NCBI GenBank assembly: GCA_902788415.1 | Contig: CADAKF010000014.1 | Span: 1-54,299 of the forward strand | DNA: 54,299 nucleotides | Reading direction: 5' to 3' | From: an uncultured bacterium | GTDB taxonomy: Bacteria > Verrucomicrobiota > Kiritimatiellia > RFP12 > UBA1067 | In this document: positions 33,289 through 42,927 of the stretch, in pieces | How positions within the stretch are numbered: the stretch's first letter is position 1 | Layout: each line of letters opens with the position of its first letter | Notes under the pieces: model-generated | Told to the model about the DNA's origin: nothing | The model's database searches: none | What the model saw: the letters and a program-made list of their open reading frames with translations, nothing else | Translations under genes and position numbers: made by a program

Positions 33289-34320
33289 TGCGTTGGACGT
33301 TCGATTCGCGCGAGGTGAAGCCGGGCATGGGCTTCGTCGCCCTGAAGGGCGAGAAGGCGGACGGACACGCCTTCATTCCGAAGGCCCTCGCGGCCGGTGC
33401 GACGGACGTCATCGACGGGCTTGAGGAGCTTCAGCGCCGTGCGCGCGACTACCGGCGGACGCTGAAGGCGACCGTGATCGGCGTCACGGGTTCGGCCGGC
33501 AAGACGACGACAAAGGAGCTTCTGAAGGCGTTTCTCTCAACAGTGGGGAAGACGCATGCGACGGAGGAAGGCCCTCTGCGACATCGCCGAGCCGGATGCC
33601 GGGCTCATCACCAACGTCGGCACGGCCCACCTCGAGTTCTTCAGGACGCAGGACGGAATCGCCGCGGAAAAGGGCGTTCTCGGGGCAATGGCGCGGTCGT
33701 TCTTCGTCATCGGATCGGACAACGTCCGTCTTGACGCGCTGAAGGCGATGTGCCGCGGCGAGGCCGTGGTCGCAGACGTTGCGCAGCCGTGGATGCGCGA
33801 AGCGCTGGAGGGCGTCCTGCCCGGTGCGCACAACGTGGCGAACGCCTGCATCGCCTATGCGGTTGCCGAGCGTTTTGGCGTCACGCGCGAACGGGCTGCA
33901 GCCGCCTTGCGCGACTTCGCGCTGCCCGGCGCGCGGTGGCGCAAGGTCGAGAGGTGGGGGGCGACATTCATCGACGACACCTACAACGCCAATCCGGACT
34001 CGATGATCGCCGCCTTGGACGCCTTTGCCGCGACGCCGTGCGACGGCAGGCGCATTGCGGTTCTCGGGGACATGTTCGAGCTTGGTGCGGACGCCCTCGC
34101 GCTTCACCGCAGGGTCTTCGACCATGCGATGGCGCTCGGCATCCCGCTCGTGATCGGAGTCGGGGAGCTCTCCTCGCAGTGTCTTTGCAACCTGGCCTAC
34201 AAGAGCCTGGCGTCCCTGAAGAAGAAGTTCAGGGTCGACGTCTCCGCCGGTGACCTCGTTCTGCTGAAGGCCTCGCATTCGATGCGCCTCGGCGATCTCC
34301 TGAAGGAGGACGCAACGTGA
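33288..34320 (+). pseudogene. murF: UDP-N-acetylmuramoyl-tripeptide--D-alanyl-D-alanine ligase MurF, internal deletion plus frameshift
   Basis: 'VIGVTGSAGKTTTKE..GKTHATE' then loss of frame at about 33566. The next frame resumes 'KALCDIAEPDAGLITNVGTAHLEFF' and runs to the normal C-terminus. The expected 'GNLNN..IGVP..E.G....GEI' block is absent. Confidence 0.75.
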
Positions 34321-35024
34321 TCGAGATCCGCAATCTTCGCTTTTCCTACGGCGCGCGGCAGATTCTGAGGGATGTTTCCTTCGTCGCCTCGCCGGGCGAA
34401 GTCGTTTCCGTCGTCGGCGCGAACGGTGCGGGCAAGACGACGCTTCTCCGGATTCTGGCGACGCTGGCCGTGCCGGATTCCGGCACGGTGATGATGGACG
34501 GTCAGGATGCCCTGGCGCGTCCCCTTAAGTATCGACGTCAGATCGGCTATCTGCCCGAACGTGTCGCGCTTTACGATGACATGACGGTGAGGGACTATCT
34601 CCATTACCGCGCGCAACTGAAGGGCGAGCCGGCGAAGCGCGTGCGCCGGCGCGTTGCGGAGGCGACGGAGCTCTGTCAGGTCGGCAATCTCTTGCGTGCG
34701 CCCATTCGGATTCTGTCGGCCGGTCAGGCGAAGCGCGTCGCGCTCGCCGATGCGCTTCTTCTCCGGCCCCGGCTTCTCCTGTTGGACGACTTTCTCGCCG
34801 GACTCGACAAGGGCCTACGCGAGGCGGCGGGGTCGATCCTGTCGAACGCCGCGGCGTTCTCAAGTGTCATCGTGACGGGGCATGAGCTCGGCGACTTCGC
34901 CAGGTGGACGACGAGGTTCCTTGTCCTTCGCAACGGCGTCATTTCCGCTACCGTCGACACGGCGGGGCTTGACGGGGCTACGCTGGACGAACGTCTGGAC
35001 GCCGCCCTGAAAGGAGAGTCCTGA
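34317..35024 (+). CDS. ABC transporter ATP-binding protein (GldA-like)
   Basis: Walker A 'GANGAGKTT', signature 'LSAGQAKRV', Walker B 'LLLLDD'. Confidence 0.85.
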   Translation: MIEIRNLRFSYGARQILRDVSFVASPGEVVSVVGANGAGKTTLLRILATLAVPDSGTVMMDGQDALARPLKYRRQIGYLPERVALYDDMTVRDYLHYRAQLKGEPAKRVRRRVAEATELCQVGNLLRAPIRILSAGQAKRVALADALLLRPRLLLLDDFLAGLDKGLREAAGSILSNAAAFSSVIVTGHELGDFARWTTRFLVLRNGVISATVDTAGLDGATLDERLDAALKGES

Positions 35025-37087
35025 TGGGTCCGGTGAGGGCAACGTTCTTCAGGACCCTCGGACGGGCGATCGGGCTTCCGCAGACAGCGTTCGCGGCAGC
35101 GGCCTTCCTGTCCGTTTCCGCCGTCGTCTTCTTTCATGTCCTCGATGCGGCCGAAGGGGGGATGCTTTCCGCGCCGGTTCTCTGGGCGACGTCGCTCGCT
35201 CCGGTCTTCCCCGTCCTTGTCGCGCTTTTCGGCATGGACGTCTGGAGCGGCGAACGCGCGTCCGGAAGAGTCGACCTGCTGCTGACGGTTGCCGTCCGCG
35301 AACGCGACTACGTGTTTGGCAAGTTCCTCGCTGTCTTCTTCCTCTCCCTGATGGCGGTTCTTCTCTCTCTCGTGTCGACTCTGACGGTGCTCCGTCTTTT
35401 CGCGCCGACGGCACTGACGAACGTCCGGCTCCTGTCGTTTCTGCCGGCCGTGCTCGCGCTGGCCGTGCAAGGCACGCTCTGGTCGGCCGTTGCCGTCATG
35501 ACGAGCTCTCTGTTCCGCTCTGCGGCGACGGCTGCCGCCGCCGCAGTCGTCTTGCTGGTCGTTTTGCCGCGCGGACTTTGGAGCGGGCTGATGGCCTGCT
35601 CGCCTGCCGGACGGACGGCGTTCGGCGAGTTGCCGCTTGACGCACATGTCGTCGACATCGCCTCAGGCCTTGTTCCGCTGGGGACGACGGCGTCTTATGT
35701 CATTCTGGCGGTTCTAGCGCTTTTCATCTCGGCCATGTGCGTGGCGGCTCTTCGGCTTGTCGGACGAGGAGCTCGCGTCCTTCGTGCGTCGACTGCCGTC
35801 GCGGTCTTTCTGGCGGTTCTGCTCGGCTTTCTTTCGACGGCGATGTTCGCCCGCGTGAATCCGACGGCCGAGGTTCTCGTTTCCGGGCGGTCTGATGAAC
35901 TCTCGCTCCGCACGCAAAGCGTGCTTGCCGAAACGTCCGGAACGATTTCCATTACGGCCTTCTTCTCTCGGACGGACGCGGCGATGCGGCCAGTGTCCCG
36001 GCTGCTGAGGTCCCTAAAGCGTCTGTCCGAATCCGTCGGCGGCGCGCGCATCGACCTTCGATTTGTCGATCCCCGGTGGGACATCGGGGCGGCCGAACGG
36101 CTCGTCCGCCGCGGCGCCGTTGAGCAAAGCGTCGTCATCGAAAAGGGCCGGCGTCTTGTGTCTTTGCCCGTCGGGAACGGCGTTTCCGAACGGCTGTGCG
36201 CCTCAACCATTCGCCGCGTCTGCACGCCGCAGCGGCGCCATGCGGTCTACTGGACGGTCGGACACGGCGAAAGTCTCTTTGACGACTACGGAAGCTTCGG
36301 CATGAGCGAGATTGCGCGGGATCTCTTCCGGGAGGGATTCAGCAACAAGACGATTGATCTCGCCGCGGACGCTGCCATTCCGGCGGACTGCGCTCTCATT
36401 CTCGTTTCCGGCGCCCAGGATGACTTCTCCAGACCGGAAGCTGACCGTCTGAACGCCTATCTCCGGGAAGGCGGGCGCCTCTTGGTCCTCCTTGGATCCG
36501 CCCGGGCGGGTGGCATCGTCTCTCTGCTGCCCACATGGGGACTGCGGCCCGCCGAGCGTCCGATTGAAAACGTGCGGACGCTTTCTGGAAGCGATGTCCT
36601 CGTCTCGGATTTCACTGACCATGCGATTACGGCGACGCTCGGGGCGTCGCGCATCGTCCTTGATCGTCCAGTCTCCTTCGAGCCATCCGCCGCCGCAGAC
36701 AGCGGAACCGGAGCTGACCGAATCAGCTATACGTCCGTTGCGTCAGCCGGATCGGTCGCCGTCGTCTCTGCCACCGAACGGGGGGTTGGAGCCGGCGAAG
36801 ATCTCGCGCTGAGGCCGACGCGCGTCGTCGCCATCGGAGACTCCTCTTTCGTTATGAACGGACAGCTTTCCGCGCGTGCGAGCGCAAACCGGGACTTCTT
36901 CCTCAACTGCGTCGCCTGGCTGTCCGGCGAAGATGCTGTCGGTTCGGGCGAGTCGGAAGGCGTCTTCAGCTCCGGCATGGACCGCACAAGCCGCACCCGA
37001 GGAATCCTTCTTTCGGCCGTGGGTGTTCCGGCGGCCGTCTTTCTCATCCTTTCGGCCGTTGCATGGAGAAGGAGGCGTCGCTCATGA
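35024..37087 (+). CDS. Fusion of ABC-2 permease (GldF-like) and GldG-like auxiliary domain
   Basis: N-terminal 6-TM ABC-2 region. C-terminal 'HAVYWTVGHGE..CALILVSGAQDDFSRPEADRLNAYLREGGRLLVLL' is typical of GldG-type domains. Terminal TM. Confidence 0.7.
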   Translation: MGPVRATFFRTLGRAIGLPQTAFAAAAFLSVSAVVFFHVLDAAEGGMLSAPVLWATSLAPVFPVLVALFGMDVWSGERASGRVDLLLTVAVRERDYVFGKFLAVFFLSLMAVLLSLVSTLTVLRLFAPTALTNVRLLSFLPAVLALAVQGTLWSAVAVMTSSLFRSAATAAAAAVVLLVVLPRGLWSGLMACSPAGRTAFGELPLDAHVVDIASGLVPLGTTASYVILAVLALFISAMCVAALRLVGRGARVLRASTAVAVFLAVLLGFLSTAMFARVNPTAEVLVSGRSDELSLRTQSVLAETSGTISITAFFSRTDAAMRPVSRLLRSLKRLSESVGGARIDLRFVDPRWDIGAAERLVRRGAVEQSVVIEKGRRLVSLPVGNGVSERLCASTIRRVCTPQRRHAVYWTVGHGESLFDDYGSFGMSEIARDLFREGFSNKTIDLAADAAIPADCALILVSGAQDDFSRPEADRLNAYLREGGRLLVLLGSARAGGIVSLLPTWGLRPAERPIENVRTLSGSDVLVSDFTDHAITATLGASRIVLDRPVSFEPSAAADSGTGADRISYTSVASAGSVAVVSATERGVGAGEDLALRPTRVVAIGDSSFVMNGQLSARASANRDFFLNCVAWLSGEDAVGSGESEGVFSSGMDRTSRTRGILLSAVGVPAAVFLILSAVAWRRRRRS

Positions 37088-38760
37088 GAAACGCGAAGGC
37101 CATCTTTTTTCTTCTGGTTCTCGTCCTGGCCGCGGCCGTCGCGAACCTCTACCTTTACGTCTTGGGCGGCGCCCCGTCCTCCGCCGGTCGTCAGTCGTTT
37201 GTCGACCTGTCTGCGGATGCGGCGAAGATTCGGCTTGAGCGGAGGGGAGAACCGGTCGTCGCTCTGGAGTCGCATGACGGGGTCTGGTCCCTGACGGAGC
37301 CGTTCTCGGGAAGTGCCGATCAGAGGGTCGTTATGCGACTCTTGGACGCCGTCACCCAGGCGTCCGTTGTCGACGTCCTCTCGGAGTCTGAACTGCTGAG
37401 CCTTGGCGGGTCGCGTACGGACTTTGCGCTCGAACCGGCGGCGCTTGTCTTGGAGCTGACGGACGCGAACGGCGTCCAGACCGTCTGCTCGTTCGGATCT
37501 CCGACGCCAACTTCACACGGCGTCTATGCATCCGTCGACGGCGCTGACGCTGTCTTCGTCATCGCCTCGAACGTCCTGGCCGCCGTTGACGTGTCCGCGG
37601 ACCGGTTCCGCCGGCGCTCGCTCTTCACCGCGGACATCAAGTCCGCTTCGTCGTTCTCCATCCGCCGCGAAGGCGGTTCTCCCTGCGAGTTCGTCCGTTC
37701 GGAGACCGGATGGACGATGGACGGGAAGACGGCTGCACCGTCTGTTGCGGCGTTCGTCTCGCGGCTTGCGGCAGCCGACGCCGTCGACTTTGTCTGGCCC
37801 GTCGGAGGTAGCAATGAATCGGACCGCGTCTCGGCTGACATCCTGGCCGGATACGGACTTGACGCCGAAAGCTCCGTCGTCGTCTCCCTGAACTCGTCCA
37901 ACGGAACCGGCGGGCGTGTTGTTTTTGGGAAGCCCGTTGGAGGAGGGCTGATCTACGCCCTTGTCCAGAACGGCGGGGCTATCGTTACCATTTCGGCGGA
38001 CCTCGGCGATTTCGTCCGCCAGGATCCGATCATGTTCGTCGACTCGCGCATCTTTCCCGAAAACGCCCGAAACGTCTCCCGATTCTCGATTGCCGCCGGC
38101 GGAGGCCTTTATACGTTGTCCCGCGGCTCCGATTCTGTCTGGCGTCTCGAATCGCCGGTTGTCGCGATCGCGGACCAGACCTTCGCCGGCGAAGTCCTTT
38201 CCCGAATCCTCGCGCTTCTGCCGTCGGATGTCGTGAAAGAGGGCGGGGTCTCCGTTTCGGTCGGAACAAATGCCGTCAAGGTGTCTGTTGCGCAGACCGG
38301 CGTCCTTGGGAACTCCACCTTCGAGAACCTGCGTTCCCGCGAGATGCTGAAGGTCGATCCCTCGCTCGTCCGCCGTCTTGTTTCAACGCCGAAGGGGGGG
38401 AAGTCGTCTTCCGTCGTCTACGACCGCGACCTCCGTCAGTGGAATGCCGAAACCGGCGACGAGAAGTCCAAGGTCGTCCCAAAGGGGGTTGACCGCGTCC
38501 TCGCGGCACTTTCGCCGCTGATGGCCGTTCGCGTCGAAAAGCTCAATGTTTCCGCGTCGGATCTTGACGACTACGGACTGGACGCCCCGCAGCTCGTGCT
38601 GGCCGTCGACCAGAATGCGGATGAAGCGGTCCGGCGCAACATCCTCGTTGGCAAGAAGGCTAAAGACGGGTTTTACGCAACGATCGGGTCGTCGGACGCC
38701 GTCTTCGTCATTTCCGAGGCGATTGTCGAGAACCTGTCATCTTTAATTGTTCTGCCATGA
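37084..38760 (+). CDS. DUF4340-like protein (usual partner of GldG-type systems)
   Basis: N-terminal TM, repetitive beta-rich body, and ATGA coupling to the upstream gene. Confidence 0.55.
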   Translation: MRNAKAIFFLLVLVLAAAVANLYLYVLGGAPSSAGRQSFVDLSADAAKIRLERRGEPVVALESHDGVWSLTEPFSGSADQRVVMRLLDAVTQASVVDVLSESELLSLGGSRTDFALEPAALVLELTDANGVQTVCSFGSPTPTSHGVYASVDGADAVFVIASNVLAAVDVSADRFRRRSLFTADIKSASSFSIRREGGSPCEFVRSETGWTMDGKTAAPSVAAFVSRLAAADAVDFVWPVGGSNESDRVSADILAGYGLDAESSVVVSLNSSNGTGGRVVFGKPVGGGLIYALVQNGGAIVTISADLGDFVRQDPIMFVDSRIFPENARNVSRFSIAAGGGLYTLSRGSDSVWRLESPVVAIADQTFAGEVLSRILALLPSDVVKEGGVSVSVGTNAVKVSVAQTGVLGNSTFENLRSREMLKVDPSLVRRLVSTPKGGKSSSVVYDRDLRQWNAETGDEKSKVVPKGVDRVLAALSPLMAVRVEKLNVSASDLDDYGLDAPQLVLAVDQNADEAVRRNILVGKKAKDGFYATIGSSDAVFVISEAIVENLSSLIVLP

Positions 38761-39845
38761 TGCGCCGCTTCACATTTCCAGGCTTTGTCGATGTCCACGT
38801 CCATTTCCGGGACCCGGGCATGACGGACGCCGAGACGGCGGCGTCCGGTCTCGCCGCCGCCGCGCACGGCGGCTTTGCCGCGGTCGTCACGATGCCGAAC
38901 ACGACGCCTGCCGGCGATTCGATTGAATGGATCGAACGACAGATGGTGGCCAAAGGTAGAGGCGAACAAAAGACGATCATCATTCCTTCTGCGTGCATTA
39001 CAAAAGGGAGAGCGGGCGCGGAGGTTGCAGACCTGGAGGCTCTGGCGGAGGCGGGCGCGGCGTTTTTTACGGATGACGGAAGCTATGTCGCCGACGACAG
39101 GGTAATGGAGGAGGCGATGAACCGGGTCGCTGCGCTCAACGGGGTCGTCTGCCAACATGCGATGGATCCTGTCGAGCTGAAGGGCGGCGTGATCCGCGAC
39201 TGTGCGCTGGCGCGGAAACTGGGGCTTCCAATCGTCTCTGTCGAAACCGAGACGAAGGCGATCAGCCGCGACCTGTCGCTTTGCCGCGAGACGGGCTGCC
39301 GGCTCCATGTCCAGCACATCTCCACGGCGGAGGGCATCGAACTCGTCCGCAGCGCCCAGAAGGAGGGCCTTCCCGTGACGGCCGAGGCAACGCCGCACCA
39401 TCTGCTCTTGAGCTGCGACGATCTGGCGGCGGACGATGCGAACTTCAAGATGGCACCGCCCCTGGGCAACCGCGAGGACCGCGCGGAACTTCGCAAGGCG
39501 GTGAAGGACGGCGTCCTCATGTTCGCGACCGACCATGCGCCGCATCCTGCGGCGAAAAAGTCTCAGGGATTCCAGAAGAGCGCAAACGGCATCATCGGAC
39601 TTGAGACCGCGATTCCGATCACCTATGCCGTGATGGTCGAGGAGGAGGGGATGTCTGTCGACGACTGGGCGAAGGCCTGGTACGAGAAGCCGCGCGACAT
39701 CGTCGCCGGAATGAAGGACCGTTCGCTTCGCGATACGGTTGTCGAGATCGGTCCTTCGCGCGCCGTCGACGTCGCGTCCTTCAAATCGCTTTCCCGCAAC
39801 TGCCCCTACAATGGGCTTAAATTCACCTGTTGGCCATGCAACTGA
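38757..39845 (+). CDS. pyrC: Dihydroorotase (short form)
   Basis: 'FVDVHVHFRDPG', 'TMPNTTP', 'ATDHAPH'. Confidence 0.8.
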   Translation: MMRRFTFPGFVDVHVHFRDPGMTDAETAASGLAAAAHGGFAAVVTMPNTTPAGDSIEWIERQMVAKGRGEQKTIIIPSACITKGRAGAEVADLEALAEAGAAFFTDDGSYVADDRVMEEAMNRVAALNGVVCQHAMDPVELKGGVIRDCALARKLGLPIVSVETETKAISRDLSLCRETGCRLHVQHISTAEGIELVRSAQKEGLPVTAEATPHHLLLSCDDLAADDANFKMAPPLGNREDRAELRKAVKDGVLMFATDHAPHPAAKKSQGFQKSANGIIGLETAIPITYAVMVEEEGMSVDDWAKAWYEKPRDIVAGMKDRSLRDTVVEIGPSRAVDVASFKSLSRNCPYNGLKFTCWPCN

Positions 39846-40654
39846 ACTCGTTTGACGCTGCAGCCGGCTACTTGCCGGACGAATGTTTCAAGGCTCCGCC
39901 GGACCTCGGCATCCTCTTGGGGAGCGGCTGGGGATCGGCCCTGGAAATGGATGAGGTTGTCTTCCGCGCGAACTATGCGGACATCCCCGGGCTCGGAGCC
40001 TCGACCGTCAAGGGCCATAGCGGCGAATTCGTCCTCTATCGCCGCAAGGGCCGGCTGATCGCTGCCTGGTGCGGACGCCGTCACTTCTACGAAGGCGCGG
40101 GCTGGGAGCCCGTTGTCCTGCCCGTGGAGATTTTGCGGCGGATGGGCTGTCAGACGCTCTTTCTTACGAACGCCTCGGGCGGAATCAATCCTGCGCTTCG
40201 GCCGGGCGATTTCGTCATCCTTCGCGACCACATCAACCTCATGGGGGTCAATCCGCTCATCGGTCCGCATGTCGAGGAGTGGGGTGAGCGCTTTCCCGAC
40301 ATGACCGAGGTCTATACGAAGCGTCTTGCCGAAATTCTCCATGCAAGCGCCAACCGGCTTGGGCTCCGGGCGATGGACGGCGTCTACGCCTACACGTCCG
40401 GTCCCTGCTACGAGACGCCGGCGGAAATCCAGGCCTACAAGGCGCAGGGCGCGGACGTCGTCGGCATGTCGACGGTCCCCGAGGCGGTCTTCGCGAAGGC
40501 TTGCGGCATGAGGATTGCGGGACTTTCCCTTGTCTCCAATCTTGCCGCCGGCATCTCGCGCAGGTCCCTCAACCACGAGGAGGTCATGGCCGCGGGCGAA
40601 GTCGCCCGTTCGAAGATGTCTGCGCTCATCGGAGATTTCCTTGATCGTCTCTGA
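39830..40654 (+). CDS. Purine nucleoside phosphorylase (PunA/PNP family)
   Basis: 'LGSGWG', 'GHSGEFV', 'GRRHFYEG', 'TNASGG', 'VGMSTVPE'. The start may be ATG 39836. Confidence 0.85.
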   Translation: MAMQLNSFDAAAGYLPDECFKAPPDLGILLGSGWGSALEMDEVVFRANYADIPGLGASTVKGHSGEFVLYRRKGRLIAAWCGRRHFYEGAGWEPVVLPVEILRRMGCQTLFLTNASGGINPALRPGDFVILRDHINLMGVNPLIGPHVEEWGERFPDMTEVYTKRLAEILHASANRLGLRAMDGVYAYTSGPCYETPAEIQAYKAQGADVVGMSTVPEAVFAKACGMRIAGLSLVSNLAAGISRRSLNHEEVMAAGEVARSKMSALIGDFLDRL

Positions 40655-41534
40655 CATCGAGACGTTCCTCTCGCTTCTTTTGCTCGAGCGGGGCTTGAGC
40701 CGCAACACCGGCACGGGGTACGGACAGGACCTCCGCCGCTTTGCGGAATTTCTCAAGGGGCGCGGCAAGACCGAGTCGTCTGCGGTCGTCCGCGACGACA
40801 TCGTCGATTTCCTCGCGGAGGAACGCACCGCCGGCATGCGGGGTTCGACGCGTTCGCGCCGGACGGCGGCGATCCGGACCTTCTTTCGCTCGCTGAAGGA
40901 ACGACATCTCGTTTCGTCCGATCCTTCGGCGCTTCTCGACGCGCCGAAGAAGGCGAAAGTCCTGCCGCGCGTCCTCTCCGAAGAGGAGGTGGCCCAAATG
41001 CTGGAGGAGACGAAGGGTGAGGATCCGATCTCCCTGCGCGACCGTGCGATGCTGGAGACAATGTACGGCTGCGGACTGCGCGTGAGCGAGCTCTGCGCGC
41101 TCAAGAGGGAGGACGTCGTCGGCGAAGGGGAGCTCCTTCGAATCTTCGGAAAGGGGTCGAAGGAGCGGATCGTTCCGATCGGCTCCGCCGCCGGTCGCGC
41201 GCTTGCAGCGTACCTAGAGGGGTCGCGCGAGTCCTTTGCGCGCGGCAATCTCGGCGAGACGCATGTCTTCCTGACGCGGCTCGGCCGTCCTTTCACGCGC
41301 CAGGGCGTCTTTAAGATCGTCCGCGACCGCGCCGCCGCCGTCGGCATCGCCGCGGACCGCATCTCGCCGCACGTCCTCCGCCATTGCTTTGCCTCGCATA
41401 TGCTCGCCCATGGGGCGGACATCCGCGCGATCCAGGAGCTTCTCGGCCACGCCGACATTGGCACGACCCAGGTCTACACGCATGTCGACACGGCACGATT
41501 CTCGGAGATCCACAAGCTCCATCCTCGTCATTAA
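40641..41534 (+). CDS. xerD: Site-specific tyrosine recombinase XerD/XerC
   Basis: 'HVLRHCFASHMLAHGADIRAIQELLGHADIGTTQVYTHV' (R..HxxR..Y). The start (TTG 40641) is inferred; the upstream ORF extension overlaps the PNP gene. Confidence 0.8.
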   Translation: MIVSDIETFLSLLLLERGLSRNTGTGYGQDLRRFAEFLKGRGKTESSAVVRDDIVDFLAEERTAGMRGSTRSRRTAAIRTFFRSLKERHLVSSDPSALLDAPKKAKVLPRVLSEEEVAQMLEETKGEDPISLRDRAMLETMYGCGLRVSELCALKREDVVGEGELLRIFGKGSKERIVPIGSAAGRALAAYLEGSRESFARGNLGETHVFLTRLGRPFTRQGVFKIVRDRAAAVGIAADRISPHVLRHCFASHMLAHGADIRAIQELLGHADIGTTQVYTHVDTARFSEIHKLHPRH

Positions 41535-41536
41535 TT

Positions 41537-41545
41537 TGATATAAT
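41537..41545 (+). promoter_or_regulatory. Extended -10 TGATATAAT, 6 nt upstream of tmk ATG (leaderless candidate)
   Basis: Exact motif with no SD. Confidence 0.55.
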
Positions 41546-41551
41546 TGCTAC

Positions 41552-42187
41552 ATGGCACGGGGAACGTTCATCACCTTTGAAGGCGGGGAGGGCTGCGGAA
41601 AGTCCACCCAGGTCCGTCGGCTCAAGGAGGCGCTGGAGCGCGAAGGCCACGAAGTCGTCCTCACGCGCGAGCCGGGCGGCACTTGGCTTGCCGAGGAAAT
41701 CCGCCGGCTGATCAAGGATCAGGAGTCGGACGCGCCCTGCGACCGCAGCGAGCTCCTCCTTTTTCTCGCCGCGCGAGCGCAGCTCGTGAAGAACGTGATC
41801 CGTCCCGCGCTTGATGCGGGAAAGTGGGTCGTCTCCGACCGGTTCAGCGACTCGACGCTCGCCTATCAGGGATATGGGCGCGGACTGCCGCTTGGGATTC
41901 TCAAGGAGATGAACGCCTTTGCGTGCGAGAACTTGAAGCCGGATCTCACGATCCTGCTGGATGTCTCGCCCGAGACGTCGCAGGCGCGGCTGCACGCGCG
42001 CGAAGCGGCGACGCATACGGTGGCCGACCGCATCGAACAGGCCGGCGATGAGTTTCATGCGCGTCTCCGGGCGGGATTTGCGGAGCTCGCGAAGGCCGAG
42101 CCGGAGAGGATCGTCACGATTGACGCGAACGGCGGCCCGAACGAGGTGTGGGAGGACGTATGGAAATCGACGAGGCGTTTTCGCTGA
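41552..42187 (+). CDS. tmk: dTMP kinase
   Basis: 'FITFEGGEGCGKSTQ' and 'DRFSDSTLAYQG'. Confidence 0.95.
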   Translation: MARGTFITFEGGEGCGKSTQVRRLKEALEREGHEVVLTREPGGTWLAEEIRRLIKDQESDAPCDRSELLLFLAARAQLVKNVIRPALDAGKWVVSDRFSDSTLAYQGYGRGLPLGILKEMNAFACENLKPDLTILLDVSPETSQARLHAREAATHTVADRIEQAGDEFHARLRAGFAELAKAEPERIVTIDANGGPNEVWEDVWKSTRRFR

Positions 42188-42927
42188 TTTCCCGTGCCAT
42201 TGACGCGGGTCGCGCCGCACACGGCTATCTCGTCGTCGGCGATCTGAAGGGCGGATGCGATGTCCTGACGGACCGCATTCTCAGAAAGCTTTTCCCAGAG
42301 GAGGTCGCGCAGGTTGAGGCGAAGTCGCACCCGGACATCGCCTGGCTTGAGCCGGAGGGCGCGAAGCGCATCATCAAAGTGGAGTCCATGCGCGAGCGGA
42401 TCGTTGAGCCGATGTCGCTCGCGGCGTTCTCCGGCGGATGGAAGGTCGGTGTGATCGTCGGCGCGGATCGGATGGAGGCGCCGAGCGCGAACGCCTTCCT
42501 CAAGTCCCTCGAGGAACCGACGCCGAAGACGCTCTACCTGATGCTGACGGATCAGCCCGATGCGATCCTGCCGACGATCGTCTCGCGCTCCCAGCGCATC
42601 GACCTGCCGCTTTCCGAAGGCCTTCTCGAAGGCGAGGACTACAACGCCGTCTCGGAGCTTTTCGCGGCAAAAGACGCCGCGGGGCTCGCCGCAAAGCTTG
42701 CCGAGCTGAAGGACGGCGCAGACGACGCGGACGCGCAGCTTGCCCGCAAGCGGTTTTTCAAGACGCTCATGAGCTTCGTCCGCCAGCTGATGCTGTCGGA
42801 GAAGATCCCGCGTCACCAGGCCTTCCGCAATGTCGAGGCGGTCGAGGACGCCTACCGCCAGTCCGAGCGCTCGATGAACGACGAGGCTGTCCTCTCCTTC
42901 CTTCTGGACAGGATTCGGTTCTCATGA
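42160..42927 (+). CDS. holB: DNA polymerase III subunit delta'
   Basis: 'HGYLVVG', 'ANAFLKSLEEP' and 'TIVSRSQ' motifs. GGAGG precedes ATG 42160. Confidence 0.75.
   Translation: MEIDEAFSLISRAIDAGRAAHGYLVVGDLKGGCDVLTDRILRKLFPEEVAQVEAKSHPDIAWLEPEGAKRIIKVESMRERIVEPMSLAAFSGGWKVGVIVGADRMEAPSANAFLKSLEEPTPKTLYLMLTDQPDAILPTIVSRSQRIDLPLSEGLLEGEDYNAVSELFAAKDAAGLAAKLAELKDGADDADAQLARKRFFKTLMSFVRQLMLSEKIPRHQAFRNVEAVEDAYRQSERSMNDEAVLSFLLDRIRFS

Noticed and set aside
38757-39845. Dihydroorotase looks short (362 aa, no N-terminal beta-sandwich extension, abrupt C-terminus '..GLKFTCWPCN')
   Set aside because: The catalytic motifs are all present in one frame. Without an alignment I cannot distinguish a naturally short form from truncation, so it is not called a pseudogene.
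39806-41464. 552-aa ORF on the - strand; similar long antisense ORFs occur at 43801-45102, 45352-46452, 47345-48712, 1360-2352, 7479-8474 and 23299-24318
   Set aside because: All are antisense to well-supported + strand genes and are compositionally biased (R/A/P/G rich).
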